DNA of 55,424 bases, the filler included, from Trichosphaerium sp. ATCC 40318 (taxonomy: Eukaryota; Protista; Tubulinea), in the NCBI GenBank assembly GCA_038496445.1. It is 3 parts of 3 records of this genome, joined end to end, with 100 filler letters (N's around TTAATTAATTAA, not from the genome) between each part and the next. Parts side by side here need not be neighbours in the genome. Positions count along the whole stretch, not along the records: positions 1 to 14,494 come from JALMLS010000107.1; positions 14,595 to 34,055 come from JALMLS010000352.1; 1 more part is not named here. The stretch is one strand, 5' to 3'. Below are positions 13,672 through 26,208 of the stretch, one piece after another (the stretch's first letter is position 1; every line of letters begins with the position of its first letter). The notes below the pieces were generated by a model. The model made no database searches, had not been told where the DNA came from, and saw only the letters and a program-made list of their open reading frames with translations. Made by a program: the position numbers and the translations under genes.

Positions 13672-14494
13672 ATGTCGAAACAAGCAAATGGTGATGGCTC
13701 ATGCGGAACTGAGTCAACTTCAAAGCCACGCATTAGCTTTGGAGGGGAAGAGAAGCAACCTTTTGCTGGTATTCAAGGTACATAAGAACTTGTCTGTAGC
13801 CTCTAAACAAAGATTCGATGTAGCAGCTCAACAGTCACTAAGCAGGGATACAAGAAAATGTACGCTTGTGTTGACGTAACTATTCAATAGCTCATTAGTT
13901 AGGCCCTAGAAAGCGTAAAGCTAAAAGTGCATGGATAGCACTTGCGCAAAGCGCAGAAAAACTACACGTAGTTAACGACTGCTGAAAACACCAGATATCA
14001 AATCCGAAGAGAGCCCTTACAGAGACTTGTCCAACCACAGCCTGTGGCTCAATGGGTTGGATAATATTATGTTAGAATACAGCGATCTTATAGAAAATCT
14101 GGATGGGCTCCAAGGAGGCACGTTTGTTGCTTGAGGCTTTAATATTAATATCAATCAAAGGTCGAAAATCGTTTTTCTACACTCCTTATCACCTAAATAA
14201 CACGTGGGACCATGATACTGCCTCAAATGACGTACAATTCAATAGTATTTTATACCTCTTAACACTCTCTATAGGATGCTTATGAAGATAAACCTTACTT
14301 TGAACCGTTCCAGGCTCATTGTCGACGTAGCCCAAGCTATGTCCCCAACCCAGTACCTCAACTTGTGGACGAATATACCAGGTACCCTTTTGTTGTAATC
14401 TGTTTCTTATGATCTTTAGCGCTGACATTACAGAAAGTGAACGTCAGAGACTCAACTTTGAAGAAAATATAGACGAGAATGATCCCGTTACTTA
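13672..14494 (+). CDS. Hypothetical protein, 3'-truncated by the gap
   Basis: ATG TCG AAA CAA at 13672; exons PRISFGGEEKQPFAGIQ and LWLNGLDNIMLEYSDLIENLDGLQGG; paralogous to 10440-11800. Confidence 0.55.
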
Positions 14495-14594
14495 NNNNNN
14501 NNNNNNNNNNNNNNNNNNNNNNNNNNNNNNNNNNNNNNTTAATTAATTAANNNNNNNNNNNNNNNNNNNNNNNNNNNNNNNNNNNNNNNNNNNN
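14495..14594. other. Assembly gap with artificial TTAATTAATTAA linker
   Basis: N-run, TTAATTAATTAA, N-run; 100 nt total. Confidence 0.97.
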
Positions 14595-15784
14595 AGGCGA
14601 AACCAATGGCACTCTTTGTACGATCGAAGGTAATGCGTCGCTCAACACAGCCCCAGCAGTGTCGGTAATCCTTGGAGGCATATTTCTCCGTACACACCTC
14701 TCACAACGAGCTTCTGTTTTCTAAACAGCTTTTTATTACTAGTCATATCAGCATACACGTGTTGGCAGCTTTTTGCCAGAAAACGTGAAAACAAAAGAGT
14801 ATTCTTTTTATTGGCTTTTATAATCCGTCGCTTGCCTTGGTAATACTATCATTACGCACGTATTGTTAACTTTATCGTAGCAAGGGCAGCTTTCTTCATT
14901 GTTACAGCTTTGGTTAATAATTCTGCCTGACAAATGGGACGCCAACACTACTGTGCATAATAAGCTGCACTATCGTACGTTATTTTTTGAAAAAAGTCTA
15001 AAGGTTGTTTAAACGAATATTCGCACGTGGCTGCATCCTATTGCAATACCAATCGTTTATCCATAATTAAAATACGCGGTTTTTTATCAGCATAGTAAAA
15101 AAATGAGAATTTGGAATTGAATTCTTAAACTTTTCTGCAAGTTATACCTCTTTGGAGTCTACCACAAATCCTCATGTTTGTGCCTTATGTCTGTTTTACT
15201 TCATTACTGGTGCGTTTTTTTGGCAGGTACTGTTGGAACTAACGAAGCAAATAAGGGCCGATATTTTTATGTCACGGAGAAACATATTCTTCTTCAGTAA
15301 CCCATCAACCAACACCAATTTGCTTGGGTTGAAATTATTGTCGTATCTACAGTATCAACTGCAATAATTGTACGTTGAAGATATGTTTATAATCATTAAC
15401 AATATCGATAATGATTTGTTTGAGAAGATTTGTTTAGTTGTTTTCAGCGCAGTATTGGATGACCTAAGTATGGCAATCTATTACAGGCTTATTCTAGGTA
15501 CGATACTATTTGTATGTTCCCATTAACAAGTGTGAAGGCAGTGTACAGTTTGGATGTTTGTTTTCACCATTGCTGTTATATCTTTCATGCGTTGTACTGT
15601 CAGAGGAGAGAAAGTATGTGATTCTCTTTTACTTTTTTTTTCATTAATATGTGTTAGTCCAAACTTGGTCATACTGCGAAGATGAAAAGACTGCACGTGC
15701 GTTAGTTACAATAGCAACATGGTTTTAATCCTTATGACGTTAGTTTACGATAGTATTCTGGACATGGGTTTTCGCAATAGTTTG

Positions 15785-18700
15785 TCACATGGTGCTCAAC
15801 ATTGTACCGGCTGCAGCACTGTACAAATCCTCGGGTATTAAGCGCTTTGTGTTTAACTCAAATTTTTTAGACTGGAAGGAGCAGTCGTAGGATTCGATAG
15901 TGATGAAATTTATAGAAGCTGTTATTCTTTTCACTATATATGTTCTAAAAAATTAAATCAGCCCGCAAACCAGACAACCTGTTGTCTAGTACTCATCGTG
16001 TGGTGCTTTCATCTCAATTACACCACCAAGAGGGTATCTACTGATTTTTTGGTTGTCATGGAAGAGAGTACCAGTGTACCATCCATCTCCAATTTTTCTA
16101 AGTAAGGGTAAGTTCAAGTGCATGTAGGCACTGTGTACCTCATATTGGTCCATAGTGAAAACGATTTTGGTTGGATGAGACCGAGTTTGTGCCAAATTAG
16201 TAACTTCAATTCGTATGTCTTAAAAACAACTAGAGTTAGCTTAACATCCACACTAAGTCACGTACCGTTAAGCTTGTTGATACTGTGACATCAAACATTG
16301 TACCATGCATGCTCTTAATCTTGAGTTTCTTTTTGGATTGGCTGAAGCCACCAAAGCTCATGAGATGGTGAATGGTTGCGTTCCTTGAGATATTATAATC
16401 CGTCAATACATTTTCGTCAATCATTTGACGACCAGCGTATATTAAACGCATAGGCATATTAGGCATTGAGCTCATTTTTTTGTTTACCAAAGATTTCAGC
16501 TACGCGTTCTTTAGTATTTCTCATTTATTTTGAGATTGGCTACGTACCTGTGCAACTGTCCAACTCAAATCTACTTCAACAGTTATTGTTTTACCTGTTA
16601 GGGTTCTTATGAAGATTTGAATAGGATTTTCTGGTACAAGATCTTCTCCAGCGTCTTCTTGTTCTTCCTCTTCATCTACAAAACGAATAAGCTACACGTT
16701 ATTTGTGACGTGATGATACTTACCATCTTCTTGAAGGAATTTAATAGTTTTGGTTGGATCTTCTTTAATTATCTCTAACACACGCGTTCTATATGTTTTA
16801 ACCAAGTGTGCAAGGAAAACAGAGCGAGAAGCGATTTCGCTTAATATTTTGCTAGAACTCCACTAATACGAACGTAAGCAACCCTATCACAATGTAACAA
16901 AGGGTAACGTACTTGGCGTTTAGCTATTATTCTCCAATGGTCAATGTATTCATGGCTTCTAAGACGAGCAATCTCAGTCTCGATCTCATCCTTAGCAAAC
17001 GTTATACCAGAATCAACTTCATCTTGATCCCAAGCTTTTCCGTTCATTGAAGAGCTGATATCAAGGCACACAAGAATAGCTTCCTTTACTTCACGGTCAT
17101 CAATAAATTCCATATCATCAACATTAGAGTTCGTTAGCTTCTAAAGAAACCAGCTTAACAAGATTCAAAAAAAACTAGCGATATCATACCTTGGCGATCA
17201 TATTAGCATTTGCGCCAGTGCTGTCTCCAGTCTCAGGATCGAAAAGAAGGATTGTACCAACACTGCACGGCTCAGGGCCAGTGTAGACCTGAAAAAAACT
17301 GTTAATGTAAAAAGCTCGAGACCTGTCTACTCACGTTCACATAGCCTTCCTTGTTTCGTGACAAACAAGGTGGCCTCGCACGTTTAAGTGATAGAGGAGG
17401 TATTATACGCATGGTTGTGACCTCTTTGTTTACACGACGCTGTAATTTTCCCCAATCGTACTGAAGACCGGTAGGAATGTCTTCGTCCATGTCATCTTTA
17501 TCATCGCCCTCTTTTTCCTCTGAATTAAAGCATAAGTCAGGTTATGATTCAGTTAATCAAAAAACAGATTCCATACCAACTTCAGGAGGAGATAAAACAA
17601 AAATATCATCGCCAAGAGGATGGCATAGTAGTAATGTGCAGTAGTATGTGTCAGGAATAAGATCTTCTTTCGCGAGTTTGGAATAAGGAGACCTGAAAAA
17701 AATCGTCAGAAAAAAAAAGGGTATCGAAAAAAAATTACTAACCCGCTTATGAACATGCTACCACCTTCCATACGTTCTAGTAAACTTGGTCTATTGTACA
17801 ACTTGTTTTTAGTTGATTCCTTAATTCGGACAGGATCTGTCATTCTGGCGTAGGTTATGCTATCAGCAAGAGACACTAGTACCCAAATTTCAGCAAGGAA
17901 AAAAATTATACTCCACTTTTACCTTGCGTAAATTTACTGCATCTCTTCTTGTCATTTGACTCAGCGTAAGTGTCAAAGAAACCCCAAAGTGTAGCACTTC
18001 TTTCAAAGAGTTTTTCATCAGAAACTAAATGCGAGTGTAAGTAGAAACATAAAAAAGAGAAAGGAAGGAACTAACAAATAGGAACTAGAATTGAAAATAG
18101 AGTAAAAAACAAAAATAGAAACGAAGCCACGTGCTCTTGGATGGAACTAATTTTCTTGCAAAATTATAAAAAGCAGAAGCAAGGGCAGCCTTTTGCTCAG
18201 CGTATAGCTTTTTCTTTTGGATGAGATACCTAGGAAATAGACGTTAAAACAAACGGAAAAAGTAGCAACTTTTTTTTTTATATTCACTTACTTTAAGGCA
18301 AGGATGGCTGGAGGGAACTGAATTCTCCTAGCAAAGTGGCCCAAAAACGATTTTGCACCATCAAGATGAGCTGTAAGTACATAGAGAGAAGATAGGAAAC
18401 AAATCATTCCAGATTTTGATTGCTCAACAAGAGCTGGTTGCCAAGCTACATCAGCTTGGAATCTATGACCTTGAGGAGTTTGTACATGTCTGAAATTATC
18501 CGCGCTCTCGCCAGTGTATCTAAAACGAAGTATAAGCCCAAAACAAGTAAGCTTGTGGTCTTTTTACCGTACCTTCGGAAAGATACAAAAAGTATACTTG
18601 GGTCATCCCAAGGAGCAGCTGGGTTTAATTCTTCCTTGCTTTGAAGCAAACGCGCAAATCCGAACTGACCCAAAGTCATCTGTTCAGTTTTATCGGTTAC

Positions 18701-19507
18701 AAGTATAGGATGTGCAGCGAGGTGCAAGTCAACAACTAAATCAGTTCCCTTTCGTAAAAAAGTGAGTACAAAAAAAGACTACTGTTCGCGTGTACTTCGA
18801 ATCTAGCCTGTTCAGCTGTTTGGATTGCATCTTTCAGAGCTCGTAGTGTATGGCCCAAGGTTACAGTTATCTCTTGGACAGTCTCATGGTATGAACAACG
18901 ATATTTGATGGTAATGGGTTCGTTGGATGGCTGGGAAGCAAGAATTTGCAATTCTGTGAAAAGGTTAATGATAAATTGCTCCAATGGTGATGTTGTAATG
19001 TTGTTTGTACCTGGTTCTAGTTCGGGCGCGTTTGGGTCAACTTCACATGAGGTCTGTTCCTCTTTTTTAGGCTCTGCGGTTGCGCCTGGTGTGATTAGTT
19101 TCCGTTTTGACGTAACAGAAATGTAAGTTGGTTTGTTTTATTTGTACCTTCGTCGAAAACTGCTACAACCTCGTCAGCCTCCATAATAGCGTCTTCCAAG
19201 ATATCTTCGTTGAAAAGAAAGGCGTCATCAGCTTTTAACTTCAGTTCTGTAATTTTCACGTTTAATCCGGCGTCTGTAGCAAGTCTACGTGCCACGTAAA
19301 CGGTTGAGTTCAAAGAAATTTTTGCTTTTTTTTTGGTTACTGACAGCGTTCACGTACTTTTGAATGGAGGTCTCCAAATCTCCAACGGTTGACTCAGGAG
19401 ACAAATCACACGAAAATTTTGACGACCCAACCTAGAAAAGTTACAAACTTGTATTTACACGCGTATTTCAATACCTCGACTGTGTAAGTAGTTGTTGTGT
19501 TGGCCAT
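15785..19507 (-). CDS. Multi-domain protein with ubiquitin-like domains and a vWA MIDAS-type motif, multi-exon
   Basis: ATG at 19507 (MANTTTTYTVE); ILVCLDISSSMNG (DxSxS); clear ubiquitin domain IQIFIRTLTGKTITVEVDLSWTVAQ/LKSLV..MRLIYAGRQMIDENVLTDYNISRNATIHHLMSFGG; further Ubl-like stretches; 3' end either 15986 or 15785. Confidence 0.72.
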
Positions 19508-19677
19508 GGTATTCTGCGTGCCGTTTAGACAGATTTACGCTAGGAAACCAACTTAAACATAGCTCTTAAGGCATTAACGCACGTAAACAATGAACAGCTA
19601 TTTGCTAGAGCAACCACAAGAAGGCTGAATTCAATTGTACGTCAAATCGTGCAACATAAACAAAACCAGCCTGTCAA

Positions 19678-22600
19678 ATGACAGAAGCTTCTAACGGTAC
19701 GCTTGTTAACAATACCACCGCCCATAACGTTCAAACGGCACGTTAAATGAGTTGGTGTCGGCCAAACTACAAATGGCGTTTCGACGAGAATCATATCCTA
19801 TCTAGAGACTTACCACAGCACTTTAGGTGACCCGTTGGAGTACAAGATTGTTTGCGTAGGCCAAACATTTTTAAAAACGTCATTGGTCAGCTCTTTCGTA
19901 ACGGAGACGCAACAAGTACAGGTCAGCCGCGTCGTTTCGTTTCAAAACAAAAATATTATTTCGGCGCTTTTTTTCAAAAAAACTAACTTGACGAGCAGTA
20001 TGACCCTATAATAGAAGAAAACTATACCAAATCTATAAAAGTAGATGATAAACTTTGTAATTTGATAATAACGGACACAGCCGAACAGGTATGAACCAAG
20101 TTTTTTAGTGTAAAACAAGAAAAGTTATTTTTGGAACAACCCTTTTTTTCTTTTTTTATGTTCAGCTAATTCTGACTTTTCTTTCATTTCAGGATGAATT
20201 CTCGTACGTCTGAGTATCTTTTATATCTTTAATATGAAAGATTATGATATATTTCTTACTCACAGCGAAAGGTCAATGCGAGAAATGTGGTTTAAGAACG
20301 GTGAAGGTTTTATTTTTTTCTACAATGTGAGGTCAAGGACAAGCCTTGAAGGACTTAAGTTTCAGTTGAACATGATGTTTAATTGTAAAGACAGTAGGGA
20401 TATACCAGTTGTACGTTATAACGCTTACGTGACCTACAAGTGTTTTTATTTCTCTTGAACAACACGCCGTAAAAACCCGATATTTTATTAATTTAATTAG
20501 ACTCTTTCGTTGATTTTTACGTAGGTCATTGTCGGTTGCTGTTACTCTCGTAGTGAAGTAGGCGACAGAGAAGTATCAAAGCAAGAAGGTAAAGCATTTG
20601 CTGCAGGTGTTTGCGATAGAGGTATTCCGTATTTTGAGGCTGACGGCGACACTTGGGTACTTTTTTCTTTCGAATATTACACCTTTTGTTCACTTCTTTT
20701 GATCTTTAGACTAATGTGGAAGAACCCTTCGAGGCTATTGTCAAACAAATAAACACTAGAAGAAGTCAACCAGCTATAAAGAAGATAGAGAACCCCAAAC
20801 TACGGTTAAAGATATCAAAGAGAAATCTTCTGAGGATGGAAATCACAGACAAAGCTCAGAAACAAGGGCTGAAGCGTCTTCCAAAACCACTGATTCCTTA
20901 CGAAAACAGCGTGGCTCATCGTATTTTGAAGCACTTGCGAGGACGTACGCGGTGACCTTCCAAAATATCGTTGCGAACTGACAATTGGTTTCTGTAGCGT
21001 TGGCAGAAGAAACCTCATTGCCGCCAAAGGTAAACGAAAAGATAATGACAGATGCTATGGCTCAGGTGTTTGTGTTCACGGACAAGCCTACCAAGATTGC
21101 TGACCTGTGTTATCATGCTGAGAGCGAGTTCAAGAGCCTTAGGTTTCCTTTCGGAAACAATAACAATCGGCCTCAGAGTCATGTTCGTGTTATAAATTTG
21201 AACTCTGGAACAGCAAAGTTTCAATATTCTAAAGCTGATATAATCATTCTTCATATATCATCTGTAGAGTATCAGTGGGTATACGGTTATGTACAACATA
21301 CGTTTTCATCGTCGTCTCCAATATTTATTATGCTACGGGAACCTAATAGCAAGATTCCTATTTTACAAGGTAAGCCAAAGATTTTTTTCAGTTCTGATGC
21401 ACTTTCTTAAGCTCCTTTTTATTTAGAGATATCGATGGCACGTTGGTTGTCTGGACATATTATTGATTGGCCTAATAAGTCAATAAAGTCTGTGAGAACT
21501 CAGATAATAGGCGTTATTCTTTATGAATCCAATTTGAAGCACGAGGCAGACTTCCTTGATTATTACAGAAATTGGGTTGAATCTAAACCGAAATTGTATC
21601 CTCCATTGACGACAACACGGCATCATACGCTCAAATTACTTGGTACTACACTTCTAGATGTTTTTTTTAAAGTTTACAGTGCTAAATGGCTGACATGAAT
21701 CATTTTAGTTCTTGGTCATGGCGGTTGTGGTAAAACCTCACTTATCAACTTTTTGAAAAAAAAAAAGAATACAATTACACAGTCTACTATTGGTTTTGAT
21801 AGTAGTTTTCTAAGGTAAACGTTGTTTTGACTTTTTGATGAACTAAATCTGTTCTTTGCCTGTCTGCATGTTCGGTTAGATTAATGGTTTGTTGTAGCAT
21901 ACGATCCAATAAATTCACTGTTTATGACTTTGCTGGACAGCTTGAGTATTTATCTGTCCATAAGCACTTTATATCCGCAGAGTACTCAATCTACATCATA
22001 GTGGTACGCATAGAAACTCTAGCATCTATTGTCACGTGCTTGATCAAGAGTGGATCGCATTTTTATCCAAAATCTGTTTTGTTCATCATTTTCCTCTTCG
22101 CCAACTCATGGTATTCTTAGTTCGATTCATCACAACAATTTGAGGTTGCTATGAAACAAATTAAGCATTGGCTTGCTTTATTACGTGGTAAACTACCTAG
22201 CACAACACTCAATGCTATTTTTTTTGTTGGAACAAAGATAGACGAAGTCAATAATCGCAATACAATCGATACCCTCCGCACTGATCTAAAAGCATTCTTG
22301 AGTCAAGAGACAGAATTTACAAACCATACAATTTCGTTTGTCTCTTCAATAACTGGTACTGCGCTTCACCTTTTGGTAACATCTTGATTAACATGCTGTA
22401 GGTGAGGGAGTTACACAAATGAAGGGACACATAGCTGAAGTGTATAAAAGTATGAAGCCATTTCCTAAGGTATGTAAAAAAATGGCGGTAGAAACCGTGA
22501 CGGTTTTTTATTGGAATGGAAAAAACTGAGATCTCACTTCTCAAATAGGTTGCAAACTTATGTCAAGTCATTGCAGATACTGCTTCACAAGGAAATCATT

Positions 22601-25600
22601 GTAGAGTATTTACGAGTGTGTACGTGTTTGGCAAGACCGGTTGTAGTTCGCCTCAGCGTCTTGTTGTTTTGATTGCTTTTCTAAGTTCTCTTTTTAGCTC
22701 CGACTTTAAAGACATCTGCAAGAAAGAGTTCAAAAAGAGCCATACTGATTGGAACAGGTTAACTAAACTCGAGTTTGCGACATACCTTGAGTACTTGCAT
22801 AACACTGGAGTGCTAATGCTAGATACTGTACGGATTAACTGTTTTGTTTTTGGTTCATCCCTCCTTCTCATTTTTTTGGTTTTAGACGACTGCTATAATT
22901 TGTACAAAGCCAGCTATCATGTCTAAAATCTTGAGCAGTTTTATTGGACCTGATACACATATCAATCGACTTCAGGAGCAGAAAGGAGGCTGTGGTGGTA
23001 TGAGGAATCCAATAGTATCTTTAGAGGATGCTGTAAAACGTTTGCAACGTGTTCCTACTACTGATGGAGAACCATACAGCCGGCTCATTTGCTTATCGAT
23101 TCTCAACTTTATGGAGCAGCTCAAGATCTGTTATATGCTGTCACCGCAAGAGGAGGTACGCTTGAAGTGATAAGAGTGGAATCGTGTACTTATTGATCGA
23201 TAGATATGTTACGGAAGACCTGGATACATGTTTCCAATGCTCCGACCAAAAGCTGAAATGGCCTATCTACCTCCTGTAGTAGGTGATCGTGAGGGGTTAC
23301 GTCTTTGGACGGCTAGACTTAAGTCCAGCGAAGATGTTAGTATTACCAGCGATTTTTTTAACTCGATGCAAGTTGAACTGAGAGGTAAGCAAAAGGATTG
23401 AAAGCGTTTTTTGCAGAGATTTACTTTTTTTCCTCGCAGATTTTCACGACTTCAAGTACAAGCTTTTCTTGAACTCTATGGTCCTCGCAGATAAACAAGG
23501 TAATATGGTGTTATTATACCACTCAGTAGATTCCATCATTATGATGGTGCGGGGTACTGATCCAACAACTTGGGTACTTCCTATTTTTCTCATTTTCTTC
23601 CTCTTTTTTATTGTTCTTTTTTATTCTTAACTTTGGTTTTGTTTTAGCTTTCTACGCTATATGCATTTATTCCTCAATTGAAGAAAGCATCTTTTGATGT
23701 ACTTTGCCCTTCGTGTACGGTATCAGGGACGTTCCAGTCATTCGATAGAAGCCATGTTTGTAAATCTTCTACAACAACGCTTACAGAACAGACTGTTGAT
23801 CAAGGTGTTCCTATTGAAACTCTTGAAGGAGTTGTACCTAAATTATGGAGTCCAAAAGGAGGTATTACATTGTTTTCTTTTCAAACAGACTGTAGTTTAA
23901 GTCATTAATGTCATTTCAATTAAGGCGTCTCTTTCTTTGAAAAAGGAGTATGGCAGCAACAGCCTCAGTTGAAGTATACTGTTCTAGAGCAGTGCGAAGC
24001 TATAAAAGAGAGAAAAAGCGAGTACTTACGTGCTCGGGATATGTTCTACCAGTTTGTTGGTGTTGACAATGCATCATTCTTTAAGCTTGATAAGGTTGTG
24101 TTCTTTCACAATCCTACGCTTGAAAATAAGTTTCATGCTTTTTATCAACGTGTTATATCACGTGTTGTTGACCAACATGATCCAAATGATATTGAGGATT
24201 CGACGGATGATGGTATGTACTAGCTTCCAAGGTGTGACGATGCTAAGCAAAGTTTAGGTGCAAAGAAGGCTTGGAAACAATGGTTCTTAGAAACTGTCTA
24301 AACAACGCCAGTACTCAAATTGTTTTTTATTTAGGATACTTGAAAAGTTAGATAGTTACGCTATGCGCGGGTCTGGGAATGAACAAGTGAATTTATTGCC
24401 AGGGTGCGTAACTTTGTTCGTTTTGATTTTTTTCTTACTTTTTTCTTACTTTTTTCTTTGTTTAGGTTTCATGGCACCACAGAGGTATTTTTTCGCTTTT
24501 TCTTCGTTTCATAAGGCTTTACTAATAAAGAGGTTATAGGAATCATCGTTTAAAATCGCTGAGAATAATTTTTTGGAGCCTCGAGAGCTCAATAATCAGA
24601 CAGATCCTGGTTATTTTGGTACTTATTAATTGGCAGAATGTCAAACATGTCACTGATAGTCTTGGTAGGTAAAGGCATATACTTTACGCAATCGCCAACG
24701 TATGGTATGGTTATATTCTTTCAAGTTATTCTAAGCCCTAAATCACGTGTAGGATCCAAATACGCTGAACTAAAGCAAAAGACAGGTCAACACTGTCTCC
24801 TCATATCTGTACGACGACTTTTATCGAAAAACAAAAAAAGACACCCTCCCTCCCTTTCTTAGCTAATGCTGTTCTTTAGTGGTTGATTATGGGTAAACCG
24901 TATCCTGTCATTGAGACACCGGATCCTAATGATCCAAACACGTTACTTGGAAAGCCATGCAAGGCTGGCTATGACTCTCATTATGTTGTTGTTAAAAAGG
25001 CTGGTAATGATATGATGTATATGCCATGTCGTCCTGCTGAAGAACCTGACGCAGATGAAGTTGTAGTATTCAACAAAGACCAAGTAAGAAATAGTTAAAC
25101 GCACACCTTCTTGGAATTAATGGCTATTTAGATACTGCCGCGATACTTGGTGTACTACACTAGGAGTGGCACCAATACGTTTGATACATTCGAACTTAGC
25201 TGGCGAGATTGTAGAAACTTGGTTTTGTGGGTACGTACAGCAAGAAGAGATGGTCTTGATCGAATACTGGCCACACTTTTTGCCACGACTTTGTGTTGAA
25301 CTGCTTTTTTAGGTGGATGATAATCTAGCTGATGAGAATAAGTTCACTGTAAAAATGTTGGAGAAGGATCCTAAAGCGAGTGTCAAGGTGAGCCCCTGAT
25401 ATGAACATAAGTTGATTAGTAATGTATTTGTATGTAGGTCATACCCATGACGTCAATCACGGAATTGATAGCATTTTTGAAGCAGTATGCTGCCAGTAAT
25501 ATTAAAAAAATTAAGGTCATTACAAATCAGTATAGAGCGAATGATGGAAAGCAAGATGCTGCCAATAATCTTGTCAAGTACGTTTACCCATCAATTTTTA

Positions 25601-25811
25601 TATGCGTTCTTGATTCAAAAAAAGAGCGCACAAAGAGCTGGTTGCTTATTTTCCGTTTTTTAGAGTTGTCAGGGAGAAAAAGAAGTGGAAGAAAATTCCA
25701 ATATTGATATACGGCAACAATGTTGACAGCGCTGGTTTTCTTGTCAAGAAATATTCAAAGGTTAAGGCCACTACTAAGGCAGTTGACTTGCTTCACTTTT
25801 GTTCAAAGTAA
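19678..25811 (+). CDS. Roco-family protein: degenerate Ras-like domain + Roc GTPase + COR + PARP-like ADP-ribosyltransferase + receiver-like C-terminus
   Basis: Ras-like EYKIVCVG, YDPIIEENYTKSIKVD, DTAEQ, NGEGFIFFY; Roc VLGHGGCGKTSL, STIG, VYDFAGQLEY, FVGTKID; COR-like LEYLHNTGVL; ART FHGT, GYFGKGIYFTQ, GYDSHYVVV, DEVVVFNKDQ/ILPRYLV; LVLW/VDDN; stop TAA 25809-25811. Single-gene continuity inferred from short GT-AG introns. Confidence 0.8.
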
Positions 25812-26208
25812 TCCATTTTCCTTCGCTGGTGTGTCGGTTCATTGTACAAAGAAAAAAATGAGAAATCAAGAAACAGATTAAAAACTATTGTCCAATAAAA
25901 CAACGTGTGAAAAAGAACATTATCTTGTATTCAACTACGTATGTTACATCATATATATAGTGTGAGATTGGCGCCATCATGTCCAGCAAAGAAGACTATA
26001 TTTTTTGGAGGGCAGTATGCCCATTGAGATCAAAAGTTGTAAAAGCTAAATGGTTGTGTTTCAAGTTCAACAACCAAGGAAAACTCATGTGTTGACAAGC
26101 TAGCTTTGGTACAAGCAGATAGGGACTCAATATATAACATCAATACTAAACATGGCCCCAATGTGGCATTTCAGTTCCTTCAAAGGGGTACATCTCATGT
26201 CGTACTCT

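Noticed and set aside
15100-15690. Possible small multi-exon membrane protein on the + strand
   Set aside because: Hydrophobic pieces and splice-like sites exist but I could not assemble a stop-free model.
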